From Alphaproteobacteria bacterium (GTDB lineage: Bacteria; Pseudomonadota; Alphaproteobacteria; UBA11136): a stretch of DNA of 64,000 nucleotides. Below are positions 12,803 through 22,075 of the stretch, piece after piece. Numbering within the stretch: position 1 is the first letter of the stretch; the number at the start of each line of letters is the position of its first letter. Position numbers and translations under genes: made by a program. The stretch spans positions 16,777 to 80,776 of the forward strand of contig JADHSZ010000004.1 of assembly GCA_016776635.1 (NCBI GenBank). The letters run 5' to 3'. The notes under the pieces were generated by a model. The model did no database searches and had not been told where the DNA came from. It saw only the letters and a program-made list of their open reading frames with translations.

Positions 12803-14275
12803 TCAGCCGGCGGAAGCGGCCCCTTCGCGTCCCGGATCATCCTCGAGAAGGCCGTTATCGTAAAGGCTCTGCAGGCTCTGTCCCACCAGGAAGATATCCT
12901 CACCGTTTGAGACAAGCTCGCCGATCACATCGCTGGCGGTCATGCGGTTTTCGTGGATGAGGCGGCCCATGCGGCCCATATAGGATATGCCGTTACAACT
13001 GTATTTCATGCCTCCGCCCTGCAGCTCGAAGCCCTCGTCCAGGGCCGAAAATTCCAGATCGTGGCGGAAGGAAACAACCTCGCTCGCCGGCACGCTTTCG
13101 GGCATGAACACGTCGATCATATCCTCCACCGCGGCGCGGAATTCCGCCACCGTCGTAAAGCGCGCCTCGGCGTAGATGCGATAGCCCAGCGGCCAGCGCG
13201 GCGAGGCCCGGGTCGGCGCCACCAGCTGTACCAGCCCCGAGAGCATATTGACCAAAAAGCCGCTGACGCAGGCGATGGTGGTGTGATCGCTCTGGAGTTT
13301 GGAAATCTTGCCTTCCTTGCCCGCGGCCACCAGCTTCTCGCGGCGTTCCTCGGCGCGGCCCGCCTTGGCCTTGGACATGAGCGCGTCCTTGCCCTGCATC
13401 ACCAACTCCACCCCCATCATTTCCTCGGGCGTAAAGGTGTCATACACGCGGTCGAGAATCTTGGTACTGAGGATGGAGAAACGCTGGGTGATGCAACAGT
13501 ATTTTTCATGCAGGGCCATGACTTTGCGCGTGAGGTCCAGGTTCTTCAACGGCGCCGCCGTGGTGGTCTGGGGCAGATGCCCGGTGACGCGGTAATGGTC
13601 CTCGATGAATTTGGGATAGTCGGGATTGTCCGCCGGGTCGGTGGCCCAATAGCAAAACCCGGTCTGGGCGGCATCACCAAACAGGTCCACCATCACCTGC
13701 AGCACGCCCCGCCACAGGGCCGCGTTTTCCGGGGTGTAAGGGTAATTGCCCTGGAACTTTTCCGCCGAGATGCCACAGAACCAACAGCCCACCGAACAGC
13801 CCTGGCTCAGCTCATAGGCGGCCACGGGGTGGACGATGGCCTCCGCGCTCACCCCCAGCTCGCTGGCCGAACGGCGGATCTGACGCTCGCGCCAGGCGTG
13901 AAAACGGGGGTTGGTTTTCTCGGTGCTGCCGGAATCGCGGATCAGGTCACGGTTGGCGATCATCTCCGCCAGATAGTCGTCCCAAGCCTGGGCCTTGGGC
14001 CATCGCGACATTTCATCGGTGAAGCGGTGTTTGGTGTGTTTGGTGTTCCACATGGGCTGCAGATCCTCGGGATCCACATCGATACCGTATTCCTCCGTCA
14101 CAACGGACGGATTCTTTACGTGCTCGCCCAGCTTGGCGCGAAACGTCGCGTCTGCCGAGAGCCGCTCCATGAACCGTTTCACATGGGCCAGCTCGCGCAG
14201 CTCTTCTTCACTGCGCGAGCTAAAGATGCGCTGATACTGTTTTGCCGAATCGCTTGGCTGATGCTGATACTTCAT
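12803..14275 (-). CDS. Radical SAM-like peptide maturase candidate (CSVGCWFCG = CX3CX2C) with an N-terminal Nif11-like domain
   Basis: 490 aa, immediately downstream of the three Nif11-leader precursors on the same strand. Cys triad with an aromatic residue before the third Cys. Residues about 20-75 (RELAHVKRFMERLSADATFRAKLGEH...VTEEYGIDVDPEDL) resemble a Nif11 fold. Confidence 0.6.
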   Translation of the reverse strand: MKYQHQPSDSAKQYQRIFSSRSEEELRELAHVKRFMERLSADATFRAKLGEHVKNPSVVTEEYGIDVDPEDLQPMWNTKHTKHRFTDEMSRWPKAQAWDDYLAEMIANRDLIRDSGSTEKTNPRFHAWRERQIRRSASELGVSAEAIVHPVAAYELSQGCSVGCWFCGISAEKFQGNYPYTPENAALWRGVLQVMVDLFGDAAQTGFCYWATDPADNPDYPKFIEDHYRVTGHLPQTTTAAPLKNLDLTRKVMALHEKYCCITQRFSILSTKILDRVYDTFTPEEMMGVELVMQGKDALMSKAKAGRAEERREKLVAAGKEGKISKLQSDHTTIACVSGFLVNMLSGLVQLVAPTRASPRWPLGYRIYAEARFTTVAEFRAAVEDMIDVFMPESVPASEVVSFRHDLEFSALDEGFELQGGGMKYSCNGISYMGRMGRLIHENRMTASDVIGELVSNGEDIFLVGQSLQSLYDNGLLEDDPGREGAASAG

Positions 14276-14305
14276 GGGCCCGTCATATTCCTCAGGTGGC
14301 GACCC

Positions 14306-14701
14306 TTACGTGAGGACAACGGCACCCTCGGCGACGACGGCCACCGTGGTCGCCACTTCGGCCGCCTCCGCAGCCGTGGTTGCCACTTCCGCGGCTTCGG
14401 CGGCCGTGGTGGCTGCCGCCACAGCCTCGACGGCCTGGGTGGCCACAGCGACCTTGGTGGTCACGGCCACGCTGTGGTGACCCTTGCCGCCGGCGATGCT
14501 GTCCAGCTGGTCGTCGGAAAGCTCTTGCTTGGTCTGTTCCCGGACATAGGCCTTGGCCTCGTCGATGGAAATGTCATAGCCCTTGGCGGCGGCGAACTCC
14601 ACCACCGAGGCGAGCCCGGTGGAGCCGGATTTAAGCTCCCCCAACAGCTCCGCGTTGGATTTCAGATCGGATACGAAACGCTCGATATCTGCCTGACTCA
14701 T
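14306..14701 (-). CDS. RiPP precursor peptide 1: Nif11-type leader with Gly-Gly site, Cys-free Ala/Val/Thr/Glu-rich core
   Basis: Leader MSQADIERFVSDLKSNAELLGELKSGSTGLASVVEFAAAKGYDISIDEAKAY..LSDDQLDSIAGG. Core KGHHSVAVTTKVAVATQAVEAVAAATTAAEAAEVATTAAEAAEVATTVAVVAEGAVVLT. Confidence 0.8.
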   Translation of the reverse strand: MSQADIERFVSDLKSNAELLGELKSGSTGLASVVEFAAAKGYDISIDEAKAYVREQTKQELSDDQLDSIAGGKGHHSVAVTTKVAVATQAVEAVAAATTAAEAAEVATTAAEAAEVATTVAVVAEGAVVLT

Positions 14702-14748
14702 GGTGCTGTCTCCCTCTTTAAAAAATTTCCCGGTAACCCTTATGATCC

Positions 14749-15150
14749 CTACGTAGCGACAACAGCCAACGCGGCCTCAGCCACCACCTCCACCGTGGTC
14801 GCCACATCGGCGGCCTCCACGGTAACGGTTACGGCCTCGGCCGCCGCCGCCGCAGTGGATGCCGCAAAGGCCGCCTCTACCGCGGCCACGGCGACCTTGG
14901 TGCCCATGCTGTGATGATGGTGATGATGGCCCTTGCCGCCGGCGATGCTGTCCAGCTGGTCGTCGGAAAGCTCTTGCTTGGTCTGTTCCTGGATATAGGC
15001 CTTGGCTTCGTCGATGGAAATGTCATAGCCCTTGGCGGCGGCGAATTCCACCACCGAGGCGAGCCCGGTGGAGCTGTCCTTAAGCTCACCCAACAGTTCC
15101 TCGTTGGATTTTAGATCGGCGACGAAGCGTTCCACATCGGCTTGGCTCAT
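14749..15150 (-). CDS. RiPP precursor peptide 2: Nif11-type leader, core starts KGHHHHHH
   Basis: GG at residues 71-72. Core KGHHHHHHSMGTKVAVAAVEAAFAASTAAAAAEAVTVTVEAADVATTVEVVAEAALAVVAT. The leader is about 90% identical to precursor 1. Confidence 0.8.
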   Translation of the reverse strand: MSQADVERFVADLKSNEELLGELKDSSTGLASVVEFAAAKGYDISIDEAKAYIQEQTKQELSDDQLDSIAGGKGHHHHHHSMGTKVAVAAVEAAFAASTAAAAAEAVTVTVEAADVATTVEVVAEAALAVVAT

Positions 15151-15263
15151 GGTGCAATTCCCCTTTTCACATCTTCACAGGAATCCGCCGCCACACCCCC
15201 CATCCCCATCAGGTGGAAACGGCAGCCGCAACGGCGGAACAATCGGAGCAGCGAAGGCGAGCC

Positions 15264-15623
15264 TCAGGTGGCGACGATGACGCCCTCGGCCGCGACGGCC
15301 ACGGTGGTGGCCACTTCGGCGGCTTCCTCGGCCACAGTGGCGACGGTGGTGGCGTTAACGGCGGTTTGATTCGAACTCACATTGGTGGCGTGATGATGAT
15401 GGCCCTTGCCGCCGGCGATACCGTCCAGCTGGTCGTCGGAAAGTTCCTGCTTGGCCTGTTCCTGGATATAGGCCTTGGCCTCGTCGATGGAAATGTCATA
15501 GCCCTTGCCACCGGCGAATTCCACCACCGAAGCCAGCCCGGTGGAGCCGGATTTGAGTTCATCCATCATCCCCGTGTCGGAATTAAGATCGGACACGAAG
15601 CGCTCGATATCTGCCTGGCTCAT
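15264..15623 (-). CDS. RiPP precursor peptide 3: Nif11-type leader, core KGHHHHATNVSSNQTAVNATTVATVAEEAAEVATTVAVAAEGVIVAT
   Basis: Same leader family, ending GIAGG. Shorter core ending IVAT. Confidence 0.8.
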   Translation of the reverse strand: MSQADIERFVSDLNSDTGMMDELKSGSTGLASVVEFAGGKGYDISIDEAKAYIQEQAKQELSDDQLDGIAGGKGHHHHATNVSSNQTAVNATTVATVAEEAAEVATTVAVAAEGVIVAT

Positions 15624-15783
15624 AGAATTATCCCCCCTGTAAGGAATGTGAATAATAATCTTTTTACGTTAGGGGGGGCATCTTCCCCCCTGTTTTTAGC
15701 CTGAGTCAACGTTTATCCTTGCGCGCAGCTCCCTGTCATAGGATTCATTTCAGGTTGTCCCTTCAGCCGGTTCCGCCCATAGT

Positions 15784-17250
15784 GTGCCCTTCGGGGGATT
15801 CAGTAGATTTCGGCCAGTCTCAGCGGATTGCGGGGGAATGTTGTTTCAACGGTTCTTAGTAAGTGTGGGCGCCGGTCTTACCGGGCTGCTGCTGGGAACG
15901 GGCGGTTCCCAGGCGCAGACCCTGGCCGAGGCGCTGACCCAGACCTATCACAATAATCCGGCCATCGCCGCGGCGCGGGCCACGCTTCGCTCCACGGTGG
16001 AAACCCTGCCCGAGGCGCGGGCTGACTTCCTGCCCACCATCTCCTTCGCAGCCAAGGAGGGCCGCACCCGCATACGCCAATCCACCAAGGACGAGTTCGC
16101 CACCACCAACACCGCCTCGCGACTGGTGGAAACCGCCACAGACCGTTCCATTGCGCTGGATGTAACCCTCAACCTCTATGACGGCGGCCAGGTGATCGCC
16201 GCCATCAACAAGGCCGAGGCCAATATCGCGGTGGAAAAATACACCCTCGAAAGCACCGAACAGTCGACTCTGCTTTCGGCGGCCGAAGCCTATGCCGATG
16301 TAATCCTGAAGGAACACCTTCTCGATCTTTCCATCGAAAACGAGAACGACCTCCTGAAGCTCAAAGCCTCCGTGGACGATCTCTACGCCCACCAACAGGT
16401 CACCATCACCGATGTGGCCCAGGTGGACGCCAAGCTCGCCTCCGCCAGGGCGGACAGGGCCCAGGCCCGGGGCAGCCTCCGCGCGGCGCGGGGCCAGTTC
16501 AAATACGTCATCGGCACCGTACCTGCCGGCCTTGAAAAAGAGCCCACCCTGCCGAACCCGCCCCCCACCCTGGAAGAAGCCCTGGCCATCGCCGAAAAGA
16601 GGAGTCCTTCCATTCTCGCCGCCCAATACCAGATCAAGGCCGACGAATTCGATGTCCGCGCCAGAGAGGGAAAACTGCTTCCCAGCGTGGATTTCTATAA
16701 TGACCTGACCCGTGAATGGGACAGCTCCACCTACACTGGCAGCTCCGACTACAAGGAGCACAGCAAGGAGGACAGCTGGGAAATCGGCGTCGATGTCACG
16801 GTGCCCCTCTATAACGGCGGCGCCTACTATGCCGACATCCGCGAGGCCAAACAGACCGTGGCCTATGACAGGAACACCCTGATCGATACCCGCAACCAGA
16901 TCATCGAAGACGTGACCTCGGACTGGGCCACCCTCGAAGCCGACCACGCCAGCCTCAAAAGCAGCGAGGAACAGGTGAAGTCCGCCACCATCGCCGTCAA
17001 GGGATTCGAGCGCCAGTTCAAGAGCGGCACCAGCACCATGCAGGAATTGTTGAACGCCCAGAGCTCGCTCATCAGCGCCTACGAAGCCCAGTACGAAGCC
17101 GTCAACGACGTCTTCACTTCCACCGCGACCCTGCTCAACCATATGGGAACCTTTGGCGCCCGCGAACTGGGCCTGGCCGGTGAATTCTACAATCCCGACG
17201 CCTATCTGGAAAAATCACGCTACAGGTTTTACGGCACCGATATCGACTAA
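15784..17250 (+). CDS. TolC-family outer membrane efflux protein
   Basis: Signal peptide (probable start MLFQRF at 15838). Two repeats of the outer-membrane-efflux-protein helix/strand pattern. Divergent from the precursor operon. Confidence 0.8.
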   Translation: MPFGGFSRFRPVSADCGGMLFQRFLVSVGAGLTGLLLGTGGSQAQTLAEALTQTYHNNPAIAAARATLRSTVETLPEARADFLPTISFAAKEGRTRIRQSTKDEFATTNTASRLVETATDRSIALDVTLNLYDGGQVIAAINKAEANIAVEKYTLESTEQSTLLSAAEAYADVILKEHLLDLSIENENDLLKLKASVDDLYAHQQVTITDVAQVDAKLASARADRAQARGSLRAARGQFKYVIGTVPAGLEKEPTLPNPPPTLEEALAIAEKRSPSILAAQYQIKADEFDVRAREGKLLPSVDFYNDLTREWDSSTYTGSSDYKEHSKEDSWEIGVDVTVPLYNGGAYYADIREAKQTVAYDRNTLIDTRNQIIEDVTSDWATLEADHASLKSSEEQVKSATIAVKGFERQFKSGTSTMQELLNAQSSLISAYEAQYEAVNDVFTSTATLLNHMGTFGARELGLAGEFYNPDAYLEKSRYRFYGTDID

Positions 17251-17317
17251 GGGTGCCGCCAAGCCGGCACCTACCCGGTTCTCAGAACCACTTGAAAACA
17301 ACCATGAGGGGGAGGCC

Positions 17318-19309
17318 ATGGATGTATGTCTGGTAAATATGCCCATTGCCGCCGTGCAACGGCCTTCCCTGGCGCTGGGGCTGCTCGGCGCGATGCTGAA
17401 ACGGGACGGCATTTCAACCAAGATTCTCTATCCCGACCTGTGGTTCGCCGAGTATTTCGGCCTGCGTTTCTATCGCAAGCTCTATCATACCCGGCCCGAG
17501 GACCTGCTCGCCGAATGGCTGTTCGCGGGCACCGCCTTCCCCGATTTTGAGCCCGACCACGACCGCTTCTTCGAGCGTCTGTTCGCGCGCAATGAAAAAA
17601 TATGCCACGAGGAAGGCCCTGAAGCCTTCAAGGCGATGATGCTGGAAAGCCGGGAAAAGGTGCCCGATTTCATCGACTGGGTGATCCGGGAAATACTCGC
17701 CCTCAGCCCCCGCATCGTCGGCTGCACCTCCATGTTCCAACAGCACGTGGCGACGCTGGCCCTGTTCCGCCGCCTCCGCGAAAGTGACCCCTCGGTGGTC
17801 ACCATGATGGGCGGACCCAATTGCGAGACGGTGATGGGCAAGACCACGCACCAGTCCTTTCCCTGGGTCGATTATCTGGTATCCGGCGAGGCCGATGCCT
17901 TCATCGCGCCGCTATGCCGTGAAATTCTCGATAAAGGACACGGGGCCGACCCCAGCCACCTCTCCGACGGCATCTTCACCCCGGCCCACCGCGAAACCGG
18001 CTATCCCGTCTCCGCCCATTCCCTTGACGGCCTGCCACGGGCCACCTCGGCCTCGCTGGGGGACCTGCCGCCGCCTGACTATGACGACTATTTTGAGGAG
18101 CTTTCCGGCAGCCTCTTCAAGAACTGGATCACACCCAATCTTCTGATTGAGGCCTCGCGGGGATGCTGGTGGGGGGAGAAACACCATTGCACCTTTTGCG
18201 GGCTCAACGGCGAGGGCATGGTCTACCGCTCGAAAACGGCCGATCAGGTGCATGAGGAAATCGACACCCTGGCGCGAAAATACAAGGTCACCAATTTCGA
18301 GGCCGTGGATAATATCCTGCGGATGGATTATTTCACCACCTTGCTGCCCCGTCTCGAAGACTTGCCCGAGGACTATCTTTTTTTCTTCGAGACCAAATCG
18401 AACCTCAAGCGCACACAGATCCAGCAATTACGGCGTTCCGGCGCGCGCTATATCCAGCCCGGCATCGAAAGCCTGGACAGCCGCGTCCTGAAACTCATAG
18501 ATAAGGGCGCCCAAGCCTGGCAGAACGTCCAGCTCTTGAAAAACTGCCGCCAAAACGGCATCTGGGTGTCTTGGAGCATGATCGTCGGCTTCCCCGGGGA
18601 GGAAGACGAATGGTACGCGAAGATGGCCGAGTTCATCCCTCTGCTGGCCCATCTCCAGCCCGGCGGCTTCATCGGCCTGCGTTACGATCGCTTCAGCCCC
18701 TACGTCAACGACCCGGAGGCCTTCGGTCTCGAACTCGCCCCATCGGAGCTCTACCCTTACGTCTATCCCCTGACGCAGGAAAAGATCGCCGACCAGGCTT
18801 ATTTCTTCGTCGAAAAGAACAAGCCCAACTTTTTCACCACCCTTGTTCAGACGCCCATACCCGGCCATCCCGGAATCGAGGCCGCCCGCGACGCCTTCCG
18901 CAAATGGCGCAGGGAATGGCCCGGCCCTGAACTCTGCGCCCGCGAGGTGGGGGGGGAGATTCATCTGCGCGACACCCGCCCCTGTGCGGTAACGGAACAG
19001 CACCGCATCACCGGAACCGACCGCCTAGCGCTGGAGGCCTGCGACACCGCCCCCACACAGGCCCGGCTTATGGAAACACTCGCGCAGGACGCTACCCCAC
19101 AAGACATCACCGACGCCCTGGCCCGGCTCATAGCCAATAAATTTATTTTCGAACTCGATGGCCGCCTGATCTCGCTGGTATTGAATGAGCCCATGGAATC
19201 CATGCCTTCCGACAGACTCCCGACCTTTGGCGCGGTGATGGCGCCGCAAGCCGCCCCACGGGATGACCCGAACGAGGATAACGAGGACCAGTCCCGAAAG
19301 GTGGCGTGA
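17318..19309 (+). CDS. B12-binding-domain radical SAM enzyme (RiPP maturation radical-SAM C-methyltransferase-like)
   Basis: Start MDVCLVNMPIAAVQRP after a GAGGGGGAGG RBS. N-terminal cobalamin-binding-like domain, Cys cluster RGCWWGEKHHCTFCG (CX7CX2C), long C-terminal extension. Confidence 0.7.
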   Translation: MDVCLVNMPIAAVQRPSLALGLLGAMLKRDGISTKILYPDLWFAEYFGLRFYRKLYHTRPEDLLAEWLFAGTAFPDFEPDHDRFFERLFARNEKICHEEGPEAFKAMMLESREKVPDFIDWVIREILALSPRIVGCTSMFQQHVATLALFRRLRESDPSVVTMMGGPNCETVMGKTTHQSFPWVDYLVSGEADAFIAPLCREILDKGHGADPSHLSDGIFTPAHRETGYPVSAHSLDGLPRATSASLGDLPPPDYDDYFEELSGSLFKNWITPNLLIEASRGCWWGEKHHCTFCGLNGEGMVYRSKTADQVHEEIDTLARKYKVTNFEAVDNILRMDYFTTLLPRLEDLPEDYLFFFETKSNLKRTQIQQLRRSGARYIQPGIESLDSRVLKLIDKGAQAWQNVQLLKNCRQNGIWVSWSMIVGFPGEEDEWYAKMAEFIPLLAHLQPGGFIGLRYDRFSPYVNDPEAFGLELAPSELYPYVYPLTQEKIADQAYFFVEKNKPNFFTTLVQTPIPGHPGIEAARDAFRKWRREWPGPELCAREVGGEIHLRDTRPCAVTEQHRITGTDRLALEACDTAPTQARLMETLAQDATPQDITDALARLIANKFIFELDGRLISLVLNEPMESMPSDRLPTFGAVMAPQAAPRDDPNEDNEDQSRKVA

Positions 19310-19315
19310 CCGGCA

Positions 19316-20482
19316 ATGATCGTCCATCGGGAAACAGCCCGTTTCGATACGCCTCTGCCCCTTGAATGCGGAAAGTTTCTGCCCGAATTCGAGCTCGCCT
19401 ATGAAAGCTACGGCAAGCTCAACAACAAGCGGGACAACGCCGTCCTCATCTGCCACGGCCTCACGGCCACCCAGAACGCCGCCGGCATTCCCAAGGGCGA
19501 GAACGGAAAAGCCGGAAACGAAAAAGAGGCCAAGCCGGGCTGGTGGGACACCGCCATCGGCCCCGGAAAGCCCATCGATACAAAACGTTTTTACGTGATC
19601 TGCGCTAATGTTCTGGGGAGTTTCGGTGGCTCCACCAGTCCCGCCAGCATCAATCCCGAAACCGGAAAACCCTACGGCATGGCCTTTCCCGTAGTCACCA
19701 TCACCGACATGGTAGACGCCCAGAAACATCTGGCCGACCGGCTCGGCATCGAAAAATTTCATGCCATTGCCGGCGGCTGCATGGGCGGGTTCCAGGTGCT
19801 GGCCTGGATGTCGCGCTACCCCGGCTGTCTTTCAAGAGCCGTGGTCATCAGCACCACGCCCCGGGTCTCGGCCCATACCATCGCCCTGTGGTCGGTGCTG
19901 CGCGAGGCCATCCGTTCGGACCCGGCCTGGAACGGTGGCGATTATTACGGCGGGTCCGCCCCCGACAAGGGCATGGGGCTAGCCGCCGCCTTCGGCGCCC
20001 TGTTCTGGATGAACCGCCAGACCATGGACCGAAAATTCGGCCTCAAGCCGCTCGACCACAGGGAACCGGCTTACGGTTTGGAACCCGAATTCGAGGTGGA
20101 GGCCTTCTTGAGCCAGGTAAACAAGAACGCCGCGGGAAAGATCGACGCCAACGCCCTGATTTATCTCACCCGGGCCATGGATTATTTCAACATGACCCGC
20201 GGCGGTGTGGAACTGGCGTCTCTTTTTGCGGGCGCGCGCTACCGCGCCCTGCTGGTGAGTTATAAATCCGACTGGCGCTATCCGCCACAAGAGGCCGAGG
20301 AAATCCACGAAGCGTTGAAAGCGGCAGACATAGACTCACACCACGAAATTCTTGAGAGCCATTTCGGCCATGGCGCCTTCATCTACGATTTCGAGGGCCT
20401 GGGGCCGGTATTAAAGGAATTTCTCCACAGTCCGGCTCACAGCAAACCCTCCAGCCCAAAGACATCTGCGGGCAAAAAATAA
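19316..20482 (+). CDS. metX: Homoserine O-acetyltransferase MetX
   Basis: MetX alpha/beta-hydrolase signature throughout, with an inserted loop GIPKGENGKAGNEKEAKPGWWDT. Starts 6 nt after the radical-SAM stop. Confidence 0.85.
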   Translation: MIVHRETARFDTPLPLECGKFLPEFELAYESYGKLNNKRDNAVLICHGLTATQNAAGIPKGENGKAGNEKEAKPGWWDTAIGPGKPIDTKRFYVICANVLGSFGGSTSPASINPETGKPYGMAFPVVTITDMVDAQKHLADRLGIEKFHAIAGGCMGGFQVLAWMSRYPGCLSRAVVISTTPRVSAHTIALWSVLREAIRSDPAWNGGDYYGGSAPDKGMGLAAAFGALFWMNRQTMDRKFGLKPLDHREPAYGLEPEFEVEAFLSQVNKNAAGKIDANALIYLTRAMDYFNMTRGGVELASLFAGARYRALLVSYKSDWRYPPQEAEEIHEALKAADIDSHHEILESHFGHGAFIYDFEGLGPVLKEFLHSPAHSKPSSPKTSAGKK

Positions 20483-22026
20483 TCCAGCGACAACAGCGGA
20501 CACCCCACCAGACCGGTGAGGAAATCATGGCTGGAAAGGGCGATGAATCCGGCCTCCCGCGCCAATTCCCGGTACCGCCCAGCCTCCATCAGATTTTGCC
20601 GGGAAAACCCGTGGCTGGCGTCGAGATAGGCCATGAGATGGCTCCCCACATGGGCCGCCGCTGCCTCGGGCGCCACCGTATGGGCCTCAATCACCAGCAT
20701 GCCGTGGCGCCGGGTCCAGGGCAGCCAACTCTGAAAATGCTCCACCAGATTCTGCGCCATATAACCGGGCTCAATCAGATCACCCTCTTCATCCACGAAG
20801 ACGCCCGGCGGACCGGTCTCCCGCGAGCGTGTGGCGGCGACGTCACGAGGTGGTTGATAACGCCGGTTGTGGATCACCGACTTGCTCACATGCAGGGCCT
20901 GGCGGGCGTCAATCCCGTGACCGGCCAGGGCTTCCCCCAGCCCATCGGGATCGCCGATATCCCCGGCCACCACCAGATGGGGAATCCCCGCCGCCTCAAG
21001 GGCCGCCTGGGCGGTCTTCCGCGCCACCGGGTTGTATTCCGCCCCCACCATGACCAGAGGAAACTCCGAGAGCGCCTTGCCGCGCCGGGTTTTAGCGGCG
21101 ATGGCGTGAAACAGTTCCTTCAACAGCGTGCCGTCGCCACAGCCGGTATCGATCACATAACCGGGCTGCGCCGCCAGCGGCTCGCGGTCGAACAGGGGCA
21201 GGGCCAGTTCCATGAAGGGCCCGGCGCAGAGACGCGTGAACACGGCCCCGCTGGCCTCGATATCCAGCGCCCGGTCGAGATGGCTCTCAACGCCGCCTTC
21301 GTCCCTGTCGAGAACAGGCGACATGTCACCGAACAGCATCTCCGGCACACGGGAAAAGGTAGGAAGATAGGAAAGAGGCAGGAAATACTGCGCCGCCATG
21401 CCTGCCGCCATCTCACCTTCGGGGGTGAGAGCATAATCGCCACTCCCTTCCTCGGCCCATCCCTGCGCCGCCAGCGCCTGCCAGCAAAGGTGCGGCAGCG
21501 CCACTTTATCCTGTGGGTCATTGCCCGCGAGCATGCGCAAGGCCACCGCCACCAGCGGACCCGTCACATGCAGCCGCACCCGCTCGCCCATGACGTCGCC
21601 GTTAGCCGGTAGATGGTGGAGCGCCGCCTCCCACGCTTCGCAGGCATCCTCATCCGCAGTTCCAGCAAGCAGGGCCATGGCGGCGGCGAGCAACTCCGGA
21701 AAACCGTCATAGGCGGAGAGAAAAGGCAGCCATGCCCACCCATCTTCGCTCAAGGATACCCGCGCCACCGCGCCGCTGCCGCTTATCCGCACCAACCCCT
21801 GGGAGGCCAACAGCCTGGCGGCAAGATGAAGATAGCCGCGCCGTGCCCCATACCGCGCCGCCAGATCATCCACTGAAAGGGGCGCCCCGGTCCCGGAAAG
21901 CTCCGCCAGGATACCTTTTTCCGCCAGGGCGCAGACCGTGGTTCCCAAGGCTATGCCGTCGATGTTGAAACAGACCTTGCGCCAGACCGCACGCCCCAGC
22001 GCCGCCTTGTCCGTATCCACGGTCAT
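20437..22026 (-). CDS. Large class I SAM-dependent methyltransferase with N-terminal winged-helix/dimerisation-like domain
   Basis: 529 aa. Motif I VIDTGCGDGTLLKEL around residue 280. The N-terminal region resembles O-methyltransferase dimerisation domains. Adjacent to the NHLP export genes. Confidence 0.6.
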   Translation of the reverse strand: MTVDTDKAALGRAVWRKVCFNIDGIALGTTVCALAEKGILAELSGTGAPLSVDDLAARYGARRGYLHLAARLLASQGLVRISGSGAVARVSLSEDGWAWLPFLSAYDGFPELLAAAMALLAGTADEDACEAWEAALHHLPANGDVMGERVRLHVTGPLVAVALRMLAGNDPQDKVALPHLCWQALAAQGWAEEGSGDYALTPEGEMAAGMAAQYFLPLSYLPTFSRVPEMLFGDMSPVLDRDEGGVESHLDRALDIEASGAVFTRLCAGPFMELALPLFDREPLAAQPGYVIDTGCGDGTLLKELFHAIAAKTRRGKALSEFPLVMVGAEYNPVARKTAQAALEAAGIPHLVVAGDIGDPDGLGEALAGHGIDARQALHVSKSVIHNRRYQPPRDVAATRSRETGPPGVFVDEEGDLIEPGYMAQNLVEHFQSWLPWTRRHGMLVIEAHTVAPEAAAAHVGSHLMAYLDASHGFSRQNLMEAGRYRELAREAGFIALSSHDFLTGLVGCPLLSLDYFLPADVFGLEGLL

Positions 22027-22075
22027 CTGCCCTTCCTCTGTTTCGCCGGAACATTCCCGGTGTGGGGACTCCGCC

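Noticed and set aside
14306-15623. Possibility of a CRISPR array or noncoding tandem repeat because of DNA-level repetition
   Set aside because: Repeats are in-frame coding repeats of three paralogous precursor genes, with no spacer/repeat periodicity.
15672-15698. GGGGGGGCATCTTCCCCCC hairpin plus T-run as a terminator
   Set aside because: It is on the plus strand upstream of minus-strand genes with no plus-strand gene ending here. Possibly incidental or a promoter-region structure.
14274-15704. Several plus-strand ORFs with Ala/Thr/Val or Arg/Pro-rich translations over the precursor genes
   Set aside because: They are antisense images of the repetitive A/V/T-rich cores. The minus-strand genes have Nif11 leaders and proper spacing.
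20437-22026. Calling this gene metW (the usual partner of metX)
   Set aside because: Opposite strand, 529 aa instead of about 200 aa, with an O-methyltransferase-like N-terminal domain. Better grouped with the RiPP locus.
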